A stretch of 64,000 nt of DNA from Acidobacteriota bacterium (lineage in GTDB: Bacteria; Acidobacteriota; Terriglobia; Bryobacterales; Bryobacteraceae). The stretch lies in the NCBI GenBank assembly GCA_016213725.1, contig JACQZS010000206.1:11633-75632 (forward strand), in the 5' to 3' direction. The notes under the pieces were generated by a model. It saw nothing but the letters and a program-made list of their open reading frames with translations, had not been told where the DNA came from and made no database searches. The position numbers and the translations under genes are program-made. Below are positions 40,029 to 47,745 of the stretch, piece by piece. Numbering within the stretch: position 1 is the stretch's first letter; every line of letters starts with the position of its first letter.

Positions 40029-40370
40029 TTACCACACCGGCGCAGGTCGGCCCAGTGCTTCCGGCTCGGGAAACCAGCAGTAACCCAGCCGCACGATCGT
40101 TTTCAGTGCAGCCGCGTCCCTGCCCAGCTTTCGGCGCAGCCTCTGGACGTGCACATCCACCGTGCGCGTCCGCGCGCCTTCGGAGTATTTCCACACCGTG
40201 GTCAACAGCGTCTCCCGGCTGATGCAGCGGCCGGGGTTTTGCATTAGGATGTTGAGCAGCTCGCGTTCCTTGCGGGTTAACCGGGTGCTCTGCGGTGCGG
40301 CGAGCGGCCCCACCATCGCGGGTGCGGTGGCAGCGCTCACGGATCCTCGTGAAATGGCAAGCGGATTCAT
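40029..40370 (-). CDS. Stand-alone OmpR/PhoB-type winged-helix DNA-binding protein
   Basis: LTRKERELL..L..NPG...SRE.LL..VW....RTVDVHVQRLRRKL...TI...GY; no receiver domain; SD GGAGGAG upstream of ATG 40370. Confidence 0.8.
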   Translation of the reverse strand: MNPLAISRGSVSAATAPAMVGPLAAPQSTRLTRKERELLNILMQNPGRCISRETLLTTVWKYSEGARTRTVDVHVQRLRRKLGRDAAALKTIVRLGYCWFPEPEALGRPAPVW

Positions 40371-40551
40371 CGTCCCTCGGCTCCTCCAGAGAGTCGGTCC
40401 AGGGCCCGGCACTCCGCTTTTCCGCTTTCGAGTGCAATTGCCCTACATTGGCTATAGACGGATGTGCGCGGAATTTGTTCGCTCGTTTGTCTGCTGATTT
40501 GCGAAAAAGGTTGCAGCTATCGACGAAGTTTACATAGATTGACACCCGGCG

Positions 40552-41793
40552 TTATGCCGGGATGCTCACCGCAAAAGTGGCGCCGCGCCCCTGTTCACTC
40601 TCCACCCGGATCTTGCCCCCGTGCTCGTCCACGATCTTCGCGCTGATCGCCAGGCCCAGTCCCACCCCACTGGACTTCGTCGTATAGAAAGGATTGAAGA
40701 TCTGTTCCAGGTCTTCCCTCCGAATCCCATCGCCGCGGTCCAGAATCGCCACCTCCACCGCACCGCCCGCGTGTCGCGTCTTCAGCGTCACTGATCCCTC
40801 TCCCGGCGAAGCCTGCACCGCGTTGAGGATCAGATTGAAGAACACCCGCTCCAGCAGCTCCGCGTCGCCCTGCACCAGCGGCAGCGCCGGATCGTAGTTC
40901 TTGTGAATCGCCACTGCGCTATCCGGCAATTGCCGCACCAGGTGCTGCACCGCCTGGTCCAGCAGCCCGTTGATATCCACCGCGGATTTCCTGATCTGCA
41001 GCGGACGCGCAAACTCCAGGAACCGCGTCACCAGCGAGTTTGTCCGGTCCACTTCGCTAGAGATATAGCCTGCCATCTCCCGCTGTATCTCCTCGCCTGG
41101 CGCAATCCGCTGCAACAGGATCTCCGCCGAGGCCTTCATCGTCCCCAGCGGGTTCCTCAACTCGTGGGCAAGCCCGGCTGTCATTTGGCCCAGCGCGGCC
41201 AGCCGCTCGCTGCGCCGCATCCCGGCCTCGGCTTCCAGCAGGCGCCGGTTCGCCTCCGCCAGCTCCGCCGCCGTTGCCTGCGCCCGCAGAGCCTCCTGCC
41301 GGTTTGCCTCCGCCAAGCCATAGGTCAGGTACGCCACAACGGGGAGGAAGATCACCCGCAGGCTCAGATCCCGCAAGTAAATCCCCTCTAATATGTATCC
41401 AAGCGAATAGGCCACGGGAACGAATGCCAGGTAGGCTGCGCAGGCCGTCAAGCTGACAATGGCCGTACCCGCAGCGCCTAGTGTGGTCGCCGCCGACACC
41501 ACCGGTAGCAGCAGGATCAGGTAGTAGCTCGACGCAATCCCCCCCGTCACCCCGATCAGCAGAAACCCGAGCACCAGCTTTAGTCCGATCACCGCCAGAT
41601 TCCCGCGACGCGTCGTCAGCGCGCCCACGCGCGGCGCCGCTACTTCCATCACAGCCAGCATCGCCAGCACTTCCAGCTCCGCTGTTCCCCTCGTCGGGCT
41701 CACCCACGCCAGGGCCGAAAACAGCAGCAGCCACACTCCGTCTTGCGTGCGAGGCAGCCACTTTTGCGCCGCCGGACTGATCCCTAGCGCCAC
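40552..41793 (-). CDS. Membrane sensor histidine kinase (HisKA + HATPase)
   Basis: AHELRNPL, NLILNAVQA, D.G.GI and FYTTK..GVGLGL; start GTG 41793 chosen from the upstream TATGAT and to avoid overlap with the S1 gene. Confidence 0.9.
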   Translation of the reverse strand: MALGISPAAQKWLPRTQDGVWLLLFSALAWVSPTRGTAELEVLAMLAVMEVAAPRVGALTTRRGNLAVIGLKLVLGFLLIGVTGGIASSYYLILLLPVVSAATTLGAAGTAIVSLTACAAYLAFVPVAYSLGYILEGIYLRDLSLRVIFLPVVAYLTYGLAEANRQEALRAQATAAELAEANRRLLEAEAGMRRSERLAALGQMTAGLAHELRNPLGTMKASAEILLQRIAPGEEIQREMAGYISSEVDRTNSLVTRFLEFARPLQIRKSAVDINGLLDQAVQHLVRQLPDSAVAIHKNYDPALPLVQGDAELLERVFFNLILNAVQASPGEGSVTLKTRHAGGAVEVAILDRGDGIRREDLEQIFNPFYTTKSSGVGLGLAISAKIVDEHGGKIRVESEQGRGATFAVSIPA

Positions 41794-41920
41794 GCCGCCA
41801 TCATATCCCGCCCACCCCTCTCCCGGCGCGCCGCCCGCCGCCAAAACCCCCAGGGCGGGCTCACCCCCCCTTTGCCCTCCCCGCAATGTGGCACAATAAA
41901 GGCGTCTCGCAGGTTTGTCC

Positions 41921-43648
41921 ATGAGTTCCGTTGAGTTTCCTAACAATCTAGAAGCCTCCGCTGTGCCCGAGGTCGTCCCGTCCCCCCAGGAAGAATCTTC
42001 CTTTGGTGATGTGCTGCGGCAGTTCGAGGCGGAGCACCAGAGCGCCGAAGGCGCCGATGCAGCTCTTGAAGGCGTTGTGGTCTCTGTCTCCGACGAGGCG
42101 ATCGTCGTCAACATCGGCCGTAAGATGGAGGGCATCCTTAAGCCGGATACCCCCGGTCTGCCTTCCGATCTGGCCCCCGGCGTCACGGTCATGGTCAACA
42201 TCAGCGGCCGCACCGATGACGGCTATTACCAGCTCTCCACCATCCATGTGAAGCAGCCCAAGGACTTCACCGGCCTCCAGTCCGCCTTCGATGGCAAGCA
42301 TGCCATCATGGGCGTCGTCACGGAGCAGGTGAAGGGTGGCCTCCGCATTCAGGTGGCGGATGGCGTTCACGCCTTCCTCCCGGCCTCCCGCAGCGGTGTC
42401 CGCGAAGTTGCTGACCTCGCCAAGCTCATCGGCCAGCAGATCGAATGCCGCATCACCAAGCTCGACGTTACCGATGAGGAACGTCCCGACGTCGTGGTCG
42501 ACCGCCGCTCCATCCTCGAAGAGCAGGCTGCCGCCGCCAAGCAGGCCGCCCTGGAAACTCTCCAGGAAGGCGCTACCGTCCAAGGCCGCGTGCGCAGCAT
42601 CACTGATTTCGGCGCCTTCGTTGAGATCGCCCACGGCATCGATGGCCTGCTCCATGTCACCGACATGAGCTGGCAGCGCGTCGACAAGCCCTCTTCCGTT
42701 CTCACCCCCGGCCAGTCCATCCAGGTCAAGATCCTCAAGCTGAACCGCGAGACCCGCAAGATCTCGCTCGGCATGAAGCAGCTTACTGCCGATCCCTGGA
42801 CCGAGGCCTCCGCCAACCTCAAAGCCGGTGACCGCGTTCAGGGCAAGGTCGTCCGCCTCGCCGACTTCGGTGCCTTCGTCGAAATCGCCCCCGGCGTCGA
42901 TGGCCTCATCCATCTCTCGGAGATGTCCTGGACCAAACGGGTCCGCAAAGCCTCCGATGTCCTCCAGCTCGGCGAAGAGGTGGAAGCCGTCGTACTTGAG
43001 GTGAAGGCGGGCGACAAGCGCATCTCCCTCGGTCTCAAGCAGGCCCTCGGCAACCCCTGGGATGCCGTCGAAACCAAATTCGCGCCCGGCACCGTCATCG
43101 AAGCTCCCGTCACCAACCTCGCCCAGTTCGGCGCCTTCGTCGATCTTGGCGGCGGCATCGAGGGCATGATCCACGTCGGCGACATCACCCGCGAAAAGCG
43201 CATTCAGCATCCCAAGGACGTGCTCTCCTCCGGCCAGATCGTCAAGGCCCAGGTCGTCGAAGTGGATAAGGAGAAGCGCCGCATCCGCCTCAGCATGAAG
43301 CAACTCGAGCCCACCACGGCCGACCTCTTCATCGCCGAGCATGCCGTCGGCGACTTCCTCACCGGCCGCGTCGTTGAAGTCCACGGCTCCAACGCCAAGA
43401 TCGAAATCAGCGAAGGCGTCCACGCCCGTTGCAAGACCAAGGAAGAAGCTCCCGCCGCTCAAAGCGCTTCCGCTTCCTCGGCCGACGTCGACGACCTTGC
43501 CGCTATGCTCGCATCTCGTTGGAAAGGCGGTAGTTCTTCCTCTTCCAGCGGCGCCAAGGACGGCCTCCGTCCCGGCCAGATCCGCCGCTTCCGCATCTCC
43601 GCCATCGACACCGAACACCGCCGCATCGACGTCGAACTCGCCGACTAA
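41921..43648 (+). CDS. rpsA: Ribosomal protein S1-like multi-S1-domain protein (rpsA or paralogue)
   Basis: Repeated FGAFVE/D..G.DGL.H..(D/E) S1 motifs and ISLG.KQ; last domain degenerate. Confidence 0.75.
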   Translation: MSSVEFPNNLEASAVPEVVPSPQEESSFGDVLRQFEAEHQSAEGADAALEGVVVSVSDEAIVVNIGRKMEGILKPDTPGLPSDLAPGVTVMVNISGRTDDGYYQLSTIHVKQPKDFTGLQSAFDGKHAIMGVVTEQVKGGLRIQVADGVHAFLPASRSGVREVADLAKLIGQQIECRITKLDVTDEERPDVVVDRRSILEEQAAAAKQAALETLQEGATVQGRVRSITDFGAFVEIAHGIDGLLHVTDMSWQRVDKPSSVLTPGQSIQVKILKLNRETRKISLGMKQLTADPWTEASANLKAGDRVQGKVVRLADFGAFVEIAPGVDGLIHLSEMSWTKRVRKASDVLQLGEEVEAVVLEVKAGDKRISLGLKQALGNPWDAVETKFAPGTVIEAPVTNLAQFGAFVDLGGGIEGMIHVGDITREKRIQHPKDVLSSGQIVKAQVVEVDKEKRRIRLSMKQLEPTTADLFIAEHAVGDFLTGRVVEVHGSNAKIEISEGVHARCKTKEEAPAAQSASASSADVDDLAAMLASRWKGGSSSSSSGAKDGLRPGQIRRFRISAIDTEHRRIDVELAD

Positions 43649-43649
43649 C

Positions 43650-43677
43650 GGAACCCGGCGGTACATTTTTCCGTCTT
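43650..43677 (+). promoter_or_regulatory. ECF-sigma promoter, likely autoregulatory
   Basis: GGAACC-N16-CGTCTT directly upstream of the ECF sigma gene. Confidence 0.6.
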
Positions 43678-43720
43678 CTCCGTCTGAACTCTTTGGGGCC
43701 ACCGCCTCAAAGAGGATATC

Positions 43721-44356
43721 GTGAAGACTGGAGCAACTCTGGCGCTGGATCACGGCCCCTGCCGTGCCGTCGGACAGAATCTCGGAATGGATGAGGCCGC
43801 ACTGATTCGAGCCGCCCAGGCGGGCGACCAGGACGCTTTCGAGCGCCTGGTTCGAGATTACGACCAGAGCGTCCTCCGCCTCGCGATGAACCTCCTCCGC
43901 TCCCCCGAAGACGCCCACGACGTCTACCAGGAAGCCTTCCTTCGCGTCTACCGGAACCTCCCCAGCTTCCGCTTCGACTGCAACTTCAACACGTGGCTCT
44001 ACCGCATCGTCACCAACCTCTGCCTGGACCACCTGCGCAAAAGAAAGGTCCGGAAGACCGAATCCTCTGTCGTCGAAACGGAAGAAGGATCCATCGATCG
44101 CATGGACTCCGTGCCCGAGCAGCGCGCCTCCAGCGACCCCCAACGCGCCCTCCTGTCCAGCGAACTTCGTACCCGGATTCAACAAGTTCTCGCCGGTATG
44201 ACTCCCCGCGAACGCCTCGTCTTCGAACTCCGTCATTTCCAGGGCATGCGTCTGCGTGCCATCGGTGAAACCCTCGGCACCACCGAAGAGGCCGCCAAGA
44301 ACTGCCTCTTCCGTGCCACCCAGAAAATGCGCTCCGCGCTTGGAGAATTCGTATGA
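43721..44356 (+). CDS. ECF RNA polymerase sigma factor
   Basis: GDQDAFERLV, D..QEAFL, F.TWLYRI..N.C.D and region 4 HTH; alternative start ATG 43788. Confidence 0.93.
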   Translation: MKTGATLALDHGPCRAVGQNLGMDEAALIRAAQAGDQDAFERLVRDYDQSVLRLAMNLLRSPEDAHDVYQEAFLRVYRNLPSFRFDCNFNTWLYRIVTNLCLDHLRKRKVRKTESSVVETEEGSIDRMDSVPEQRASSDPQRALLSSELRTRIQQVLAGMTPRERLVFELRHFQGMRLRAIGETLGTTEEAAKNCLFRATQKMRSALGEFV

Positions 44357-45276
44357 ATTGCGAAACCGCCCGGCAGCAAATCGTCCTCCTGATCTACGGA
44401 GAGCTCTCGTTCGAGGAAGAGGAGATTCTGGAGAGCCACCTCGATGCCTGCGTCGAGTGCAACCAGGAACGCGCCCGCCTCGAAAAGCTCAGTTCCTTTG
44501 CGGACCTCGCCGAATCTGAAGTCCCCGCCGGCCTCCTCGCCCGCTGCCGCCGCGACCTCACCGCCGCCCTCGAACAAGAGCGCCGCCGCCCCTCTCTCTC
44601 TTCCATATTCCGCGGCTTCTGGCAGAAATGGTTCGTCAATCCGCCCATGTGGATGCGCCCCGCCGGCGCCCTCGCTATGCTCGCCGTCGGCTTCTTTGGC
44701 GCGCGCCTTTTGCCGGATCAGTCTTCCGCACTCTCCCAGATCGGCGTTAGCCAGGGCCCCCCGCCTACCATCAGCAAGGTTCGCCTCGTGAACCCCGACA
44801 ACTCCGGCCAGGTGCTCGTCCACTACGACGAAGTCCGGCCCCGTGAACTTCGCGGCAACATCAACGACGACCGCATCCGCCGCCTGCTCCTCGCTGCCGC
44901 CGCAGATCCTGCCGATCCCGGCCTCCGCGTCGATTCCATCGATATCCTCAAGAGCCAGACCTCCGACAACGAGGTCCGCCACGCCCTCCTCAATGTCCTT
45001 CGCGCAGACACCAACTCCGGCGTCCGCCTCAAGGCCCTCGATGCCCTCCGCCCCTATGCCAAGGACCCCGATACCCGCAAGACGCTCGCCCAGGTCCTGT
45101 TGAGCGACGACAACCCCGCCGTCCGTACCCAGGCCATCGACCTGCTCGTCCAGAGCAAAGAGCCTGACGTCGCCGGCGTCCTCCAGCAACTCCTCCAGAA
45201 TGAGGAGAACGGCTACGTCCGCTCCCGCAGCCAGAAGGCCCTCAACGACATGAAAGCTTCCGTGGGCACGTTCTAG
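44353..45276 (+). CDS. Anti-sigma factor: zf-HC2 zinc finger, TM helix and periplasmic HEAT repeats
   Basis: MNC...HLDACVEC motif; one TM; D.NSGVRLKALDAL and DDNPAVRTQAIDLL repeats; ATGA overlap with the sigma gene. Confidence 0.85.
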   Translation: MNCETARQQIVLLIYGELSFEEEEILESHLDACVECNQERARLEKLSSFADLAESEVPAGLLARCRRDLTAALEQERRRPSLSSIFRGFWQKWFVNPPMWMRPAGALAMLAVGFFGARLLPDQSSALSQIGVSQGPPPTISKVRLVNPDNSGQVLVHYDEVRPRELRGNINDDRIRRLLLAAAADPADPGLRVDSIDILKSQTSDNEVRHALLNVLRADTNSGVRLKALDALRPYAKDPDTRKTLAQVLLSDDNPAVRTQAIDLLVQSKEPDVAGVLQQLLQNEENGYVRSRSQKALNDMKASVGTF

Positions 45277-45414
45277 ATTTCGTGACCTTTGCTGTACTGT
45301 GCCGTCCAATTGAATAGCTAGTCTCCATCGCAGCGGTGACAAGGACAACCGGCCCCGGCGAGCTGGCCTGCCCTTGACGCGCAATGCGATCTTATCCAGA
45401 AGGGAAGAATTGAA

Positions 45415-46326
45415 ATGAAGTTCAGATCCTGTATTCCATGGAGCGCTGCCCGCTCCGCCGTATTGCTCATGGCGCCAGCCATCCTCGCCGCTCAAGGTCC
45501 TTACGAACCGCAGAATCAGCCCGATCCGCCGCCACCCCCGCCGCCTCCCAAGGTCATCACCATGACCTCCGGCGGCACCTTCCTCGGCGTCGGCGTTCGC
45601 GAAATCGATGCCGAACGCAGCCGCGTCCTCTCACTCAAGGAAGAGTACGGCGTCGAAGTCACCGCCGTCGAACCCGAGAGCCCCGCCGCGAAAGCCGGCC
45701 TGAAAGTCGGCGATGCCGTCCTCGAATACAACGGCCAGCGCGTCGAAGGCACCACCCAGTTTGTCCGCTTCGTCCGGGAAACGCCCGCCGGCCGAACCGT
45801 CAAGTTACTCGTCAGCCGCGGCGGCGCCACCCAGACCATCGCCGCCACCCTCGCCGCCCGCAAAGGCAGTGCAGCCTACGGCATGGCTTTCCCCATGGAG
45901 GGCTTCAAAGTGGAGATGCCCCGCATGGAACCCATGGTAATGCCCGATATCCCCAAGGCCACCATGTCCTGGCGTAGCACCACTTTGGGCGTCGAAGCCG
46001 AGGGCCTTGGCGAGAGTCAGTTCGCCAGTTTCTTTGGTGTCAAAGAAGGCGTCCTGGTTCGTTCCGTCGTGAAGGGCTCCGTCGCCGAAAAGGCCGGCAT
46101 CAAGGCCGGGGACGTCCTCGTTAAAGTCGACGACACCAAGGTCACCGGCCCGCGCGATGTGTCCAACGTGGTCCGCAACGCTCGCTCCGCCAGTAAGAAG
46201 ACATTCCCCATCACTCTGGTTCGCGAGAAGAAGGAGACCTCCGTTACCGTCACCTTCGAAGACGACCAGTCTGAGCGCACCCCCGCGCCCCGCTCTCAGC
46301 GCGTCACGGTCCGCCAACAGCTTTGA
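45415..46326 (+). CDS. Exported tandem-PDZ protein without a protease domain
   Basis: Signal peptide; FLGV..V.P.SPA.KAGL..GD and LGV..V..GS.AEKAGI.AGD; no GNSGG trypsin motif. Confidence 0.85.
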   Translation: MKFRSCIPWSAARSAVLLMAPAILAAQGPYEPQNQPDPPPPPPPPKVITMTSGGTFLGVGVREIDAERSRVLSLKEEYGVEVTAVEPESPAAKAGLKVGDAVLEYNGQRVEGTTQFVRFVRETPAGRTVKLLVSRGGATQTIAATLAARKGSAAYGMAFPMEGFKVEMPRMEPMVMPDIPKATMSWRSTTLGVEAEGLGESQFASFFGVKEGVLVRSVVKGSVAEKAGIKAGDVLVKVDDTKVTGPRDVSNVVRNARSASKKTFPITLVREKKETSVTVTFEDDQSERTPAPRSQRVTVRQQL

Positions 46327-46352
46327 GCTATCACTCCTGACTCACCCCAATT

Positions 46353-46390
46353 GCGCCGCGCCGGATCCCCTGCGCGGCGTTTCTTTTCTT
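46353..46390 (+). terminator. Rho-independent terminator
   Basis: GCGCCGCGC-N10-GCGCGGCGT followed by TTCTTTTCTT. Confidence 0.75.
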
Positions 46391-46781
46391 ACAGTTGGCC
46401 CACCACCGTCCGGTGCACTTTCACCAGCAGCTCCACCTCGTTCTGTGGAATCTTCAAAGCCGTCGCGATCTTCTCCGGAGTCTCTCCGCGCCGGAACAGC
46501 CTCAGCGCCTGACTCCGCTTTCCGATGTTGATCGACTCCCCGGGCACCGTCATGGGCATGGAAAACGTGATCGGCTCATCCCGCTCCGCTTGCCCCGCCT
46601 CCAGCCTTCCCAAGGCTCTGCGCAGATTCTCCAGCGAAGCCGTAAACGACTCCCGCTCCAGTTGCGCACGCCTCTTAATCGCCGCGTTCTCTCTTTTCAC
46701 CGAAAAGAACAGCGCAATGCATGCCAGCATCGTCGCTGCCGAGGCCGTCAGCGGAACCATGAGATTCATCGTCGGGTTCAT
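46389..46781 (-). CDS. Membrane-anchored hypothetical protein with coiled coil and C-terminal HTH-like motif
   Basis: N-terminal TM; RRGETPEKIATALKIPQNEVELL. Confidence 0.75.
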   Translation of the reverse strand: MNPTMNLMVPLTASAATMLACIALFFSVKRENAAIKRRAQLERESFTASLENLRRALGRLEAGQAERDEPITFSMPMTVPGESINIGKRSQALRLFRRGETPEKIATALKIPQNEVELLVKVHRTVVGQL

Positions 46782-46875
46782 ACCTGTCTCTACTCCTAAT
46801 TACGGCTGCTTGTCCTGCCTCCTTTAGTCCTCCTTCCGCTTCTCCAGTACTATTCCCCGCTGATATCCTAAGCAT

Positions 46876-47742
46876 ATGAGGATGTTTTCAGCCGCTCTGC
46901 CCCTGCTCCTTCTGGCCGGCTCGCTTGCCGCCCAGACTCCGGCCGCTCCCGCTCCCGCTGCCGCCCCCGCCGCTCCCGCCAAGCCCGCTCGCGAAAACGG
47001 GCTCTATGCCACCCTCCAAATCACCCAGGGTGGCGCGGCCTTTGGCACCATCGTCATCAAGCTGTACGAGGCCGAATCCCCCATCACGGTCAAGAATTTC
47101 GTCGACCTCGCCCTCGGCCGCAAACTCTGGTCCGACCCCAAGACCGGCGCCCGCGTCCGCCGACCCCTCTACAACGGCCTCACCTTCCACCGCGTCATCC
47201 CCGGTTTCATGATCCAGGGCGGCGATCCCACCGGCACCGGCATGGGCTCCACCGATAACATCAAGGACGAATTCCATCCCAGCCTCAAGTTCGACGTCCC
47301 CGGCAAGCTCGCCATGGCCAATGCCGGCCTCGGCACCGGCTCCTGCCAGTTCTTCATCACCGAAGTCCCCACCACCTACCTCAACGGCAAGCACACCATC
47401 TTCGGCCAGGTCATTGAGGGCCAGGAAATCGTCGCCAAGGCCGCCCGCGTGCCCCGCGGTGCCAACGACAAGCCGGTCACTCCCGTCATCATGTCCAAGG
47501 TGACCTTCGAACGCGTCGGCCCCGTCCCGCCGAATGGCGTGGTTCTCCCCGCCGCCGCTCCCGCCAAGCCGGCCGCGACCAAGGCCCCGGCTACCACGGC
47601 CCCGGCCACGAAAGCGCCGGCCGCCAAGGCTCCTGCCGCCGCTGCCCCGGCCGCCAAGACCACTACTGCCGCTCCCGCTGCGAAGACGGCCACCTCTCCG
47701 GCTACCAAGGCCACTACGCCTGCCGCCCCTGCCAAGAAGTAG
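46876..47742 (+). CDS. Exported cyclophilin-type peptidyl-prolyl isomerase with Ala/Pro/Lys/Thr-rich tail
   Basis: FHRVIPGFMIQGGDP, LAMANAG, QFFIT and LNGKHTIFGQV motifs. Confidence 0.95.
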   Translation: MRMFSAALPLLLLAGSLAAQTPAAPAPAAAPAAPAKPARENGLYATLQITQGGAAFGTIVIKLYEAESPITVKNFVDLALGRKLWSDPKTGARVRRPLYNGLTFHRVIPGFMIQGGDPTGTGMGSTDNIKDEFHPSLKFDVPGKLAMANAGLGTGSCQFFITEVPTTYLNGKHTIFGQVIEGQEIVAKAARVPRGANDKPVTPVIMSKVTFERVGPVPPNGVVLPAAAPAKPAATKAPATTAPATKAPAAKAPAAAAPAAKTTTAAPAAKTATSPATKATTPAAPAKK

Positions 47743-47745
47743 TAT

